A stretch of DNA of 64,000 bases from Cyanophora paradoxa CCMP329 (GCA_004431415.1 QPMI01000564.1:1-64000); one strand, 5' to 3'. Positions 34,596 to 47,231 are shown, counted from the stretch's first letter. Program-made: numbers and translations. Notes: a model not told the origin generated them from the letters alone.

Positions 34596-37500
34596 ACAAG
34601 CCCTGGGCCCCTGCGGGTCCCAAACATCGGGCGAAGCCTCAGCGGCCCTCCTCGCGCCCCCCTTGTTCATCGCGGCCCGTCGTTGCTGTTGCTGGGTCGG
34701 TGGGGCAGGGAGAGGAGAGGGGAGGGCTGCTGAGAGGGAATATAATTATGGGGGGAGTTGTCCTGAGATGAGTTGTCGTAACAGAATATAATTATGGAAT
34801 AAGGGGAATTGGTGAGTATATAATGAGGGGAGGAGTGGTGCTGCCAATCAGCTAGCTGTAGTTGAGCTCGAGGCCTGAGGAAATTGAGAGGAGATTGTTG
34901 AGGGGACGGGCGAGGTTCTCGCGGCCAGGCGCATGCGCTGAGCTTACAAATCGCTTAAACAGAATCTCGGATGCATACAGGATCGATGTCCAGGGCTGCG
35001 GAGGCGAGGGCGCCGAGAAATATGTGCAGGCCTGTCCAGGATCGAAATTTTCGCGTCGGCTGGGTTCTCGTGCTCTTTCGCGCCCACAGAGGTCGCGCAA
35101 GGCTTCGTTTAGATCTGAAATGAATACTGTAGCGATGGGCATGGGTGAGGATGCGATGGCGCGCAGAAAGATGCGCAGGTCCGTCGAGGATCGAATTTTC
35201 GGGGTCGACTGGGTCCTCGCGGCGCGGCGCATTTAGAGACCGTGCGGAAGTCTTCTCTTACATCTCAAATGCATATACTATCGTTCCGCGCATGCGCCGC
35301 GGCGTCGGCGCGCGGAGAGATGCCCGGGGCCGTGGAGGATCGAATTTGCGCCGTCGGGCACCTTGCTGCGCTGTTCCGGCTCCGAAAAGCGGATATCTGG
35401 AGTGCGCAGGCCCTGCTATGCCTATGCGCGCCAGTACGCATCGAATGCGCGCGTCGGGGGACCGCCCGGAACCGGCAGGATCAGATTTTCGGCCGACTCT
35501 CTGGACTGGAGTGTCGGCGGCGGCCGAAATCGAGCTTGCCGTGATGCGCACGCTCTTGGCTGTCATTCTGACCGTTGTGGAGCCTCTCTGGCGCGCTTTC
35601 GTCGCGGGACCGGGTCCCACTTTTTGGGATTTCGCGATCGAACCCCGGGGTATAAATACCGGAATTGATCCGTGAGGGAAATTTGATTTTCGCACGATGC
35701 CTACGGGAGAGCGATCGTCTTAGGTAAATTCTAGGGGAGCTATGAGTGCGAAAATAGATCAATGGAGCCGTGTAACTCTGTGTCACGTCGGAGACCGGTC
35801 GCCTTCGTTGCGGAGGTTGCGAATCTGGACGCTCGGACCAATCGGACTCGAGTGGAAAAAAAATAGAACCGGTCGTTCACCATCGATCAACGGACAAGCC
35901 CTGGGCCCCTGCGGGTCCCAAACATCGGGCGAAGCCTCAGCGGCCCTCCTCGCGTCCCCCTTAATCATCGCGGCCCGTCGTGGCTGTCTTTGGGTTGGTG
36001 GGGCAGGGAGAGGGGAGGGGAGGGCTGCTGAGAGGGAATATAATTCTGGGAGGAGTTGTCCTGAGAGGAGTTGTCCTGAGAGAATATAATTATGTTATAA
36101 GGGGATCGGAATTGCTGCGGCTGAGAGAGGATATAATGTGGGGAGGAGTGGTGCTGCCAATCATGCTGCTAGCTGTAGTTGAGCTCGAGGCCCTGAGGGA
36201 ATTGAGAGGAGATTGTTGAGGGGAGGGGCGAGGTTCTCGCGGCCAGGCGCATGCGCAGAGCTTGCGAATCGCTTAAACAGAATCTCGAACGCATATAGCA
36301 TCGATGTCCAGGGCTGCAAAGACAAGGGCGCGCGGAAATATATGCAGGACTGTCCAGGATCGAAAATTTGGCGTCGGCTGGGTTCTCGTGCTCTTTCGCG
36401 CCCACCCAGCTTGCGAAAAGGTTTAAAAAGCTCTCAAATGAATATTGTAGCGATGGGCATGGGTGAGGATGCGAGGGCGCGCGGAAAGATGCGCAGGTCC
36501 GTCCAGGATCGAATTTTCGGGGTCGGCTGGGTCCTCGCGGCCCGGCGCATTTAGAGACCGTGCGAAAGGCTTCTTCTATATCTCAAATGCATATACTATT
36601 GATGCGCGCTGCGCCGCGGCGTGGGCGCGCGGAAAGCTGCCGGGGGCTGTGCAGGATCGAATTTTCGCCGTCGGACACCTGCCTGCGCTGTTCCGGCTCC
36701 AAAAAGCGGATATCTGGAGGGCGCAGGCCCTGCTATGTCTATGCGCGCCAGTACGCATCGAATGCGCGCGTCGGGGGACCGGTCGGAACCGGCAGGATCA
36801 GATTTTCGGCCGACTCTCTGGACTGGAGCGTCGACGGCGGCCGAAATCGAGCTTGCAGCGGTGCGCGCGCTCTTGGCTGTCATTCTGAGCGCTCTGGTGC
36901 GTCCCTGGCGCGCCTTCGTCGCGGGACCGGGTCCCACTTTTTGGGATTTCGCGATCGAACCCCGGGGTATAAGTACTGGAATTGATCCTGGAGGGAAATT
37001 CGATTTTCGCGCGATGCCCACGGGAGAGCGATCGTCTTGGGTAAATTCTAGGGGAGCTATGAGTGCGAAAATAGATCAATGGAGGCGTGTAACTCTGTGT
37101 GACGTCGGAGACCGTTCGCCTTCATTGCGGAGGTTGCGAATCTGGACTCTCGGACCAATCGGACTCGAGTGGAAAAAAAATAGATGGGGACGTTCACCAT
37201 CGATTTACGGAAGAGGCTTCGCCCGACAAGCCCTGGGCCCCTGCGGGTCCCAAACATCGGGCGAAGCCTCAGCGGCCCACCTCGCGTCCCCCTTAATCAT
37301 CGCGGCCCGTCGTGGCTGTCTTTGGGTTGGTGGGGCAGGGAGAGGGGAGGGGAGGGCTGCTGAGAGGGAATATAATTCTGGGAGGAGTTGTCCTGAGAGG
37401 AGTTGTCCTGAGAGAATATAATTATGTTATAAGGGGATCGGAATTGCTGCGGCTGAGAGAGGATATAATGTGGGGAGGAGTGGTGCTGCCAATCATGCTG

Positions 37501-40500
37501 CTAGCTGTAGTTGAGCTCGAGGCCCTGAGGGAATTGAGAGGAGATTGTTGAGGGGAGGGGCGAGGTTCTCGCGGCCAGGCGCATGCGCAGAGCTTGCGAA
37601 TCGCTTAAACAGAATCTCGAACGCATATAGCATCGATGTCCAGGGCTGCAAAGACAAGGGCGCGCGGAAATATATGCAGGACTGTCCAGGATCGAAAATT
37701 TGGCGTCGGCTGGGTTCTCGTGCTCTTTCGCGCCCACCCAGCTTGCGAAAAGGTTTAAAAAGCTCTCAAATGAATATTGTAGCGATGGGCATGGGTGAGG
37801 ATGCGAGGGCGCGCGGAAAGATGCGCAGGTCCGTCCAGGATCGAATTTTCGGGGTCGGCTGGGTCCTCGCGGCCCGGCGCATTTAGAGACCGTGCGAAAG
37901 GCTTCTTCTACATCTGAAATGCATATACTATTGATGCGCGCATGCGCCGCGGCGTGGGCGCGCGGAAAGCTGCCGGGGGCTGTGCAGGATCGAATTTGCG
38001 CTGTCGGGTACCTTCCTGCGCTGTTCCGGCTCCGAAAAGCGGATATCTGGAGTGCGCAGGCCCTGCTATGTCTATGCGTGCCAGTACGCATCGATTGCGC
38101 GCGTCGCGGGACCGGCCGGAACCGGCAGGATCAAAATTTCGGCCGACTCTCTGGACTGGAGCGTCGAGGGCGGCCCGGCGGCCGAAATCGAGCTTGCCGC
38201 GATGCGCGCGCTCTTGGCTGTCATTGTGACCGCTCTGGCGCGTCCCTGGCGCGCTTTCGTCGCGGGACCGGGTCCCACTTTTTGGAGTTTCGCGATCGAG
38301 CCCCGGGGTATAAATACCGGAATTGATCCTGGAGGGAAATTCGATTTTCGCGCGATGCCCACGGGAGAGCGATCGTCTTAGGGGAGCTTCGAGTCCAAAA
38401 ATAAGTGTCACGTCCGCGGACAGTCAAATCACCTCGAGGACCGGTCGCCTTCATTGCGGAGGTTGCGAATCTGGACGCTCGGACCAATCGGACTCGAGTG
38501 GAAAAAAAATAGAACCGGTCGTTCACCATTGACATACGGAAGAGGCTTCGCCCGACAAGCCCTGGGCCCCTGCGGGTCCCAAACATCGGGCGAAGCCTCA
38601 GCAGCCCTCCTCGCGCCCCCCTTGTTCATCGCGGCACGTCGTGGCTGTTGCTGGGTCGGTGGGGCAGGGAGAGGGGGGGGGGAGGGATGCTGAGAGGAAA
38701 TATAATTATGGGGGGAGTTGTCCTGAGTGGAGTTGTCGTGAGAGAATATAATTATGGAATTAGGGGAATTGGTGAGAATATAATGAGGGGAGGAGTGGTG
38801 CCGCCAATCAGCTAGCTGTAGTTGAGCTCGAGGCCCTGAGGAAATTGAGAGGAGATTGGTGAGGGGAGGGGCGAGGTTCTCGCGGCCAGGCGCATACGTA
38901 GAGCTTATGAATCGCTTAAACATAAACAGAGTCTGGAATGCATACAGGATCGATTCCAGGGCTGCGGAGGCGAGGGCGCGCGGAAATATGTGCAGGCCTG
39001 TCCAGGATCGAAAATTCGGCGTCGGCTGGGTTCTCGTTCTCTTTCGCGGCCACAGAGGTTGCGGAAGGCTTCGTTTAGATCTCAAATGAATACTGTAGCG
39101 ATGGGCATGGGAGAGGACGCGAGGGCGCGCGGAAAGATGCGCAGGTCCGTCGAGGATCGAATTTTCGGGGACGGCTGGGTCCTCGCGGCCCGGCGCATTT
39201 ACAGACCGTGCGGAAGTCTTCTTCTACATCTCAAATGCATATACTATTGATCCGCGCATGCGCCGCGGCGTCGGCGCGCGGAAAGTTGCCCGGGCCTGAG
39301 CAGGATCGAATTTTTGACATCGGGCACCTTCCTGCGCTGGTCCGGCTCCGAAAAGAGGATATCTGGAGTGCGCAGGCCCTGCTATGTCTATGCGCGCCAG
39401 TACGCATCGAATGCGCGCGTTGGGGGACCGGACGGAACCGGCAGGATCAAAATTTCGGCCGACTCTTCGGACTGGAGCGTCGGCGGCGGCCAAAATCGAG
39501 CTTGCCGCAATGGTCGCGCTCTTGGCTGTCATTCTGACCTCTCTGGCGCGTTCCGCTTTCGTCGCGGGACCGGGTCCCACTTTTTGAAATTTCGCGATCG
39601 AGGCGGGGTATAAATACCGGAATTGATCCGTGAGAGAAATTCGATTTTCGCGCGACGTCCACGGGAGAGCGGTCGTCTTGGGCAAATTCTAGGGGAGCTA
39701 TGAGTGCGAAAATAGATCAATGGAGCCGTGTAACTCTGTGTGACGTCGGAGATCGTTCGCCTTCATTGCGGAGGTTGCGACTCTGGACGCTCGGACCAAT
39801 CGGACTCGAGTGGAAAAAAAATAGATGGGGACGTTCACCATCGATCTACGGAAGAGGCTTCGCCCGACAAGCCCTGGGCCCCTGCGGGTCCCAAACATCG
39901 GGCGAAGCCTCAGCGGCCCTCCTCGCGCCCCCCTTGTTCATCGCGGCCCGTCGTTGCTGTTGCTGGGTCGGTGGGGCAGGGAGAGGAGAGGGGAGGGCTG
40001 CTGAGAGGGAATATAATTATGGGGGGAGTTGTCCTGAGATGAGTTGTCGTAACAGAATATAATTATGGAATAAGGGGAATTGGTGAGTATATAATGAGGG
40101 GAGGAGTGGTGCTGCCAATCAGCTAGCTGTAGTTGAGCTCGAGGCCTGAGGAAATTGAGAGGAGATTGTTGAGGGGACGGGCGAGGTTCTCGCGGCCAGG
40201 CGCATGCGCTGAGCTTACAAATCGCTTAAACAGAATCTCGGATGCATACAGGATCGATGTCCAGGGCTGCGGAGGCGAGGGCGCCGAGAAATATGTGCAG
40301 GCCTGTCCAGGATCGAAATTTTCGCGTCGGCTGGGTTCTCGTGCTCTGTCGCGGCCGCAGAGGTCGCGCAAGGCTTCGTTTAGATCTCAAATGAATACTG
40401 TAGCGATGGGCATGGGTGAGGACGCGAGGGCGCGCAGAAAGATGCGCAGGTCCGTCGAGGATCGAATTTTCGGGGACGGCTGGGTCCTCGCGGCCCGGCG

Positions 40501-43500
40501 CATTTAGAGACCGTGCGGAAGTCTTCTCCTACATCTCAAATGCATATACTATCGTTCCGCGCATGCGCCGCGGCGTCGGCGCGCGGAGAGATGCCCGGGG
40601 CCGTGGAGGATCGAATTTGCGCCGTCGGGCACCTTGCTGCGCTGTTCCGGCTCCGAAAAGCGGATATCTGGAGTGCGCAGGCCCTGCTATGCCTATGCGC
40701 GCCAGTACGCATCGAATGCGCGCGTCGGGGGACCGCCCGGAACCGGCAGGATCAGATTTTCGGCCGACTCTCTGGACTGGAGTGTCGGCGGCGGCCGAAA
40801 TCGAGCTTGCCGTGATGCGCACGCTCTTGGCTGTCATTCTGACCGTTGTGGAGCCTCTCTGGCGCGCTTTCGTCGCGGGACCGGGTCCCACTTTTTGGGA
40901 TTTCGCGATCGAACCCGGGGTATAAATACCGGAATTGATCCGTGAGGGAAATTTGATTTTCGCACGATGCCTACGGGAGAGCGATCGTCTTAGGTAAATT
41001 CTAGGGGAGCTATGAGTGCGAAAATAGATCAATGGAGCCGTGTAACTCTGTGTCACGTCGGAGACCGGTCGCCTTCGTTGCGGAGGTTGCGAATCTGGAC
41101 GCTCGGACCAATCGGACTCGAGTGGAAAAAAAATAGAACCGGTCGTTCACCATCGATCAACGGACAAGCCCTGGGCCCCTGCGGGTCCCAAACATCGGGC
41201 GAAGCCTCAGCGGCCCACCTCGCGTCCCCCTTAATCATCGCGGCCCGTCGTGGCTGTCTTTGGGTTGGTGGGGCAGGGAGAGGGGAGGGGAGGGCTGCTG
41301 AGAGGGAATATAATTCTGGGAGGAGTTGTCCTGAGAGGAGTTGTCCTGAGAGAATATAATTATGTTATAAGGGGATCGGAATTGCTGCGGCTGAGAGAGG
41401 ATATAATGAGGGGAGGAGTGGTGCTGCCAATCATGCTGCTAGCTGCAGTTGAGCTCGAGGCCCTGAGGGAATTGAGAGGAGATTGTTGAGGGGAGGGGCG
41501 AGGTTCTCGCGGCCAGGCGCATGCGCAGAGCTTGCGAATCGCTTAAACAGAATCTCGAACGCATATAGCATCGATGTCCAGGGCTGCAAAGACAAGGGCG
41601 CGCGGAAATATATGCAGGACTGTCCAGGATCGAAAATTTGGCGTCGGCTGGGTTCTCGTGCTCTTTCGCGCCCACCCAGCTTGCGAAAAGGTTTAAAAAG
41701 CTCTCAAATGAATATTGTAGCGATGGGCATGGGTGAGGATGCGAGGGCGCGCGGAAAGATGCGCAGGTCCGTCCAGGATCGAATTTTCGGGGTCGGCTGG
41801 GTCCTCGCGGCCCGGCGCATTTAGAGACCGTGCGAAAGGCTTCTTCTATATCTCAAATGCATATACTATTGATGCGCGCTGCGCCGCGGCGTGGGCGCGC
41901 GGAAAGTTGCCCGGGGCTGTGCAGGATCGAATTTTCGCCGTCGGACACCTGCCTGCGCTGTTCCGGCTCCAAAAAGCGGATATCTGGAGTGCGCAGGCCC
42001 TGCTATGTCTATTCGCGCCAGTACCCATCGAATGCGCGCGTCGGGGGACCGGCCGGAACCAGCAGGATCAAAATCGTGGCGTTCGCGCGCGGAAAGTTGC
42101 CCGGGGCTGTGCAGGATCGAATTTTCGCCGTCGGACACCTGCCTGCGCTGTTCCAGCTCCAAAAAGCGGATATCTGGAGGGCGCAGGCCCTGCTATGTCT
42201 ATGCGCGCCAGTACGCATCGAATGCGCGCGTCGGGGGACCGGTCGGAACCGGCAGGATCAGATTTTCGGCCGACTCTCTGGACTGGAGCGTCGACGGCGG
42301 CCGAAATCGAGCTTGCAGCGGTGCGCGCGCTCTTGGCTGTCATTCTGAGCGCTCTGGCGCGTCCCTGGCGCGCCTTCGTCGCGGGACCGGGTCCCACTTT
42401 TTGGGATTTCGCGATCGAACCCCGGGGTATAAGTACTGGAATTGATCCTGGAGGGAAATTCGATTTTCGCGCGATGCCCACGGGAGAGCGATCGTCTTGG
42501 GTAAATTCTAGGGGAGCTATGAGTGCGAAAATAGATCAATGGAGGCGTGTAACTCTGTGTGACGTCGGAGACCGTTCGCCTTCATTGCGGAGGTTGCGAA
42601 CCTGGACGGTCGGACCAATTGCAGAGCGGTGGAAAAAAAATAGATGGGGACGTTCACCATCGATTTACGGAAGAGGCTTCGCCCGACAAGCCCTGGGCGA
42701 AGCCTCAGCCGCCCTCCTCGCGCCCCCCTTTATCATCGCGGCCCGTCGTTGCTGTTGCTGGGTCGGTGGGGCAGGGAGAGGTGAGGGGAGGACTGGTGAG
42801 ATGGAATATAATAATGGGAGCACTTTTCCTGCAGGGCATAAGGGGAGAAAGTTAAGAGGAGTTTGAGGAGGCGCTGGGTCGGTGGGGAAGGTCTAGGAAG
42901 AGGGGAGGGCTGTTGAGAGGGAATATAATTATGGGAGGAGTTGTCCTGAGAGGAGTTGTTAAGGGGAGTTTGAGGAGGCGCTGGGTCGGTGGGGAAGGTC
43001 TAGGAAGAGGGGAGGGCTGTCGAGAGGGAATATAATTATGGGAGGAGTTGTCCTGAGAGGAGTTGTCCTGAGAGAATATAATTATGTATTTAGGGTAATT
43101 GGTTGAGCTGAGAGAGAATATAATGAGGGGAGGAGTGGTGCTGCCAATCAGCTAGGTGTAGTTGAGCTCGAGGCCCTGAGGAAATTGAGAGGAGATTGGT
43201 GAGGGGAGGGGCGAGGTTCTCGCGGCCAGACGCATGCGCAGAGCTCGCGAATCGCTTAAACAGAGTCTAGAATGCATACATGATCGATGTCCAGGGATGC
43301 AGAGGCCAGGGCGTGCGAAAATATGTGCAGGCCTGTCCAGGATCGAAATTTTCGCGTCGGCTGGGTTCTCGTGCTCTTTCGTGCCCTCAGAGCTTGCGAA
43401 AGAGTTTAAAAAGCTCTCAAATGAATACTGTAGCGATGGGCATGGGTGAGGACGCGAGGGCGCGCGGAAAGATGCGCAGGTCCGTCCAGGATCGAATTTT

Positions 43501-44349
43501 CGGGGACGGCTGGGTCCCCGCGGTCCGGCGCATTTAGAGACCGTGCGAAAGGCTTCTTCTACATCTCAAATGCTTATGCTATCGTTCCGCGCATGCGCCG
43601 CGGCGTGGGCGCGCGGAAAGTTGCCCGGGCCTGTGCAGGATCGAATTTTTGCCATCGGGCACCTTCCTGCGCTGTTCCGGCTCCGAAAAGCGGATATCTG
43701 GAGTGCGCAGGCCCTGCTATGTCTATGCGCGCCAGTACGCATCGAACGCGCGCGTCGGGGGACCGGCCGGAACCGGCTGGATCAAAATTTCGATCGACTC
43801 TTTGGACTGGAGCGTCGGCGGCGGCCGAAATCGAGCTTGCCGCGATGCGTGCGCTCTTTGCTGTCATCCTGACCGCTCTGGGACGTCCCTGGCAGGCTTT
43901 CGTCGGGGGACCGGGTCCCACTTTTTGGAGTTTCGCGATCGAGGCGGGGTATAAATACCGGAATTGATCCGTGAGGGAAATTCGATTTTCGCGCGATGCC
44001 CAGGGGAGAACGATCGAATCTTCTTGGGTAAATTCTAGGGGAGCCATGAGTGCGAAAATAGATCAATGGAGCCGTGTAACTCTGTGTGACGTCGGAGACC
44101 GTTCGCTTTCATTGCGGAGGTTGCGAACCTGGACGGTCGGACCAATCGCAGAGCGGTAGAAAAAAAATAGATGGGGACGTTCACCATCGACCTACGGAAG
44201 AGGCTTCGCCCGACAAGCCCTGGGCGAAGCCTCAGCCGCCCTCCTCGCGCCCCCCTTTATCATCGCGGCCCGTCGTTGCTGTTGCTGGGTCGGTGGGGCA
44301 GGGAGAGGTGAGGGGAGGACTGGTGAGATGGAATATAATAATGGGAGGC
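34596..44349 (+). repeat. GC-rich macrosatellite: about 7 units of ~1.3-1.5 kb, with a ~5.27-kb higher-order repeat and ~149-bp subrepeats
   Basis: ACAAGCCCTGGGC landmark at about 34596, 35894, 37226, 38555, 39867, 41164, 42686 and 44213. Units 1-2 recur as units 5-6. Confidence 0.95.
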
Positions 44350-44807
44350 TCGCATGCAGGTAACCCCCACCAATTGCGCGCAAAAAAGCCGACCATGTCA
44401 ATAAGCAGCTCTTACATCTCCCACAATTCTCAGTGCGAAAATCACAAATTCGCACTGAGCCACACTGTATTTTTCGAACTTCTAACCTCTCCTTACTGAA
44501 ACCAATCACGAAACCCATTCAATCTCCTATTTTCTAATCTCTTACCATTTTCAGTAAGCCCTAAAACCCTCCCTCGATTTCTCAGTAAGGACAGTAAGAC
44601 CCCTATTTTTACGAAATGTTCCCGATAGTTTCCAAACTGTTTTCAGTTAGCAAATTGAAAAATAAAGGTGACCCCCACCGATAGCCTTAATCCGGATAAA
44701 TCAAATACGAAATCAAGGTGACCCCCACCGATAGAGTACAATGAATTCGCGAGTATGTGCATGAGCAAGCATGCCAAAAATGCCCACCTGCACACACTCG
44801 CGACTTC

Positions 44808-44894
44808 AATCGAAATGTACGAATCGAAATGTACGAATCGAAATGTACTTCAATCGAAATGTACGAATCGAAATGTACGAATCGAAATGTACGA
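44808..44894. repeat. 14-bp minisatellite (AATCGAAATGTACG) x6
   Basis: Read directly from the sequence. Confidence 0.9.
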
Positions 44895-45228
44895 TTAGCA
44901 TATTTACGACGAAGTACGACGATAGACCACGTTAAAATACACTCGCGCCCCGCCCACTATGCAAGATACATGCAAACAACATGCGAGTTCTATGAAAAAT
45001 AAACAATTCAGTCATGTATATATTTCGTATATATGTCTGAACCTCCGTGCTTGTGATCCCGCACAACTTTCACTTTTTTGGTTTTTCTTTTTTTCGCATA
45101 TTCCGACATATACATATATACACCGACGTCACCGACACACTGGGGGTCATCAAATCACGGCGACTCCGGAAACATATATGGATGGAATGCCGGCGCCCCA
45201 CACAAATTCGTCGACCAATCAGGATAGG

Positions 45229-45434
45229 ATCGCCGGATAGAATTACCCGGGGCGATAGTATCGCCGGATAGTATGACCTCGGGGCGATAGTATCGCCGGA
45301 TAGTATGACCTCGGGGCGATAGTATCGCCGGATAGTATGCCCTCGGGGCGATAGTATCGCCGGATAGTATGACCTTGGGGCGATAGTATCGCCGGATAGT
45401 ATGACCTCGGGGCGATAGTATCGCCGGATAGTAT
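45229..45434. repeat. 32-bp tandem repeat, about 6 copies, with palindrome GGCGATAGTATCGCC
   Basis: ATCGCC starts at 45260, 45292, 45324, 45356, 45388 and 45420. Confidence 0.92.
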
Positions 45435-45969
45435 ACCCGATAGCCGGGTAGTGTGCTCAGCAATTGATGACGTGGCATATATATATATGTATATAACTGA
45501 CCAGTGACTGACTCAGTGACCGACTTGCCACTGTTGCCGGTTGCAATTTTCAAGTCCCGAGTCCCCAGTCCCGAGTCCCGACTTGATAACACCGGCGATC
45601 GCGACTTCGCGGAGACCCCCCCTTCCGTTTTTCCCGCATAACTTTGGACAGGAAGCCGATCTCGGCGCGCTCTCAATTGCTATGTGCTCACAACTTGATT
45701 CCGGGCATGATGGTTATGCTTTGACTAGCTTAGCCTACCGTGGAGCAAAGACCGACTTCGATTTCTGCACAAGTGCCCGAAAACGGAGGCGTCCGCTACA
45801 TTCTGAGCGCCGGCGCGTGTTCCCGGAGGGCTCCACTAGTCATACTTTGCATCCGTGTGCGTATAGAGTAGTTCTACGCTACTACAAAGCGGCGCGGTCA
45901 GATTCGCAAAAGGCGCGATTTGGCGGCTACGAAAGCACATAGCTCACAAAAATATCGACTTAAATAATA

Positions 45970-46362
45970 ATGGATTCCCGATACCGCGGCTACCACGTCA
46001 TGCTCGACTATATAACCGAGCCGTTCACCGAGTCCCCGGAGGCATGCGCCGAGTGGATCACAGCGAACCTATCGCAATATATCACAGATCGCAATATGCG
46101 CATCGTGCACCAGCACACTTGCATTTTCGATGGCTCTATTTCCCCTCCCGGTTTCGCGATTGGCTTTCTATTAGATGAGTCGCACGCAACAGCCCACTCT
46201 TATAGCGACAGGGGACTCTTAGCAATCGATATCTTCACCTGCGGGTCAAATGCCGAAGCGAAGACAATGGGTATAGCACGGGACATTAACGAACTCATAC
46301 AAGAAAGGCTGAAAGTGCGAAAGTGGGACTTACAGGTCGAGCAAAGGTTCCCAATTTCATAA
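45970..46362 (+). CDS. speD: S-adenosylmethionine decarboxylase proenzyme (short, bacterial/viral type)
   Basis: GYHVMLD, PPGF...LLDESH self-cleavage motif, HSY and AIDIFTCG; 130 aa. Confidence 0.85.
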   Translation: MDSRYRGYHVMLDYITEPFTESPEACAEWITANLSQYITDRNMRIVHQHTCIFDGSISPPGFAIGFLLDESHATAHSYSDRGLLAIDIFTCGSNAEAKTMGIARDINELIQERLKVRKWDLQVEQRFPIS

Positions 46363-46386
46363 AAAATGAAAAAAACGACATATACA

Positions 46387-46701
46387 TTAATGCTCCTTGA
46401 TCGGAAACTTGCCCATTAGCGGGTGATCGAGACCCATGACATACCAGCATCGCATAACGGGATCCCAGCGGGCTTTCTCAGCCTTCGCTTGATCCTTAAA
46501 TTCATAAGGAATATCGAGGTAAACCTTCACGTTTCTTTGATACACTTGCTCATAGCTTAAAGTCTTGAACTGAGAGCATAGGGGGTGATCTTTCTGTGTC
46601 ACATACCAGCAAGAATTCTCGGGATCCCACTTTCCACCGAGGGATTTCGCAACGTTCTTTTTATCATAGGGAATATCAACATAATGCTTTTCACCCTCCA
46701 T
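46387..46701 (-). CDS. Tandem DUF5710-like protein
   Basis: Two copies of Y.DIPY..K..AK....WDP...CWYV. Confidence 0.8.
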   Translation of the reverse strand: MEGEKHYVDIPYDKKNVAKSLGGKWDPENSCWYVTQKDHPLCSQFKTLSYEQVYQRNVKVYLDIPYEFKDQAKAEKARWDPVMRCWYVMGLDHPLMGKFPIKEH

Positions 46702-46740
46702 CGCTTTTATATTTACCGGAGAAAATAATTTCGGGGTTTG

Positions 46741-46900
46741 TTATGAACGAGATGACCGAAGAATGCGCGTAGTAGGGGCTGTATAGCTTGCGCTCTGATT
46801 CTTGAATGATTTATACCACCGCTGACTGTTTACCTCTGAGAGCTTCTCAGTGCCGGCAATCGTTAATTTCGCGAGCTCTCTAAGCGCCCTCTTAGTCTTC
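46741..46900 (-). pseudogene. 3' remnant of a gene interrupted by element 2
   Basis: The frame KTKRALRELAKLTIAGTEKLSEVNSQRWYKSFKNQ...SSRS* is open up to the hairpin and has no ATG. Confidence 0.55.
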
Positions 46901-46972
46901 ACACATATAAAAACAAATATTATTATCCCTCGCGTTCCGCTCAGGATAATAATATTTGTTTTTATATGTGTG
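46900..46972. repeat. Terminal hairpin of element 2 (29-bp perfect stem, 15-nt loop)
   Basis: CACACATATAAAAACAAATATTATTATCC, loop CTCGCGTTCCGCTCA, then the exact reverse complement. Confidence 0.95.
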
Positions 46973-47231
46973 TTACTATAAGTTATATAAAGATATTAGC
47001 AATTTTATCATAGTGTATATCGATATGTGATATGTATTCTATCGGTAGTTCGTAAATGAATCAATAAAAATAATATAAGTATCGTGGAATCTTTGTAAAA
47101 TATGTATATATAATATGTAATCGCGATATAGCCGATATGTGTTTACGATGCGCGATGTGTATCTAAAACAACTACAATGTGCTGCTTGGGACGCGCCTCA
47201 TATAGTCATGTGTATCACCTACGTAGCTTCG

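Larger units (their letters stand above)
44350..46900. mobile_element. Fragment of a third related viral element (or a distal part of element 1)
   Basis: Shares GCGCCCCGCCCACTATGCAAGATACATGC (44945) with element 2 (48339) and CAGTAAGACCCC with element 1 (~28473). Carries viral-type genes. Confidence 0.6.

Noticed and set aside
34852-44518. Repeated ORFs in the macrosatellite
   Set aside because: Frames and stops vary between units and there are no domain motifs.
45229-45434. CRISPR-like 32-bp palindromic repeats
   Set aside because: The repeats are contiguous with no unique spacers, and there are no cas genes.
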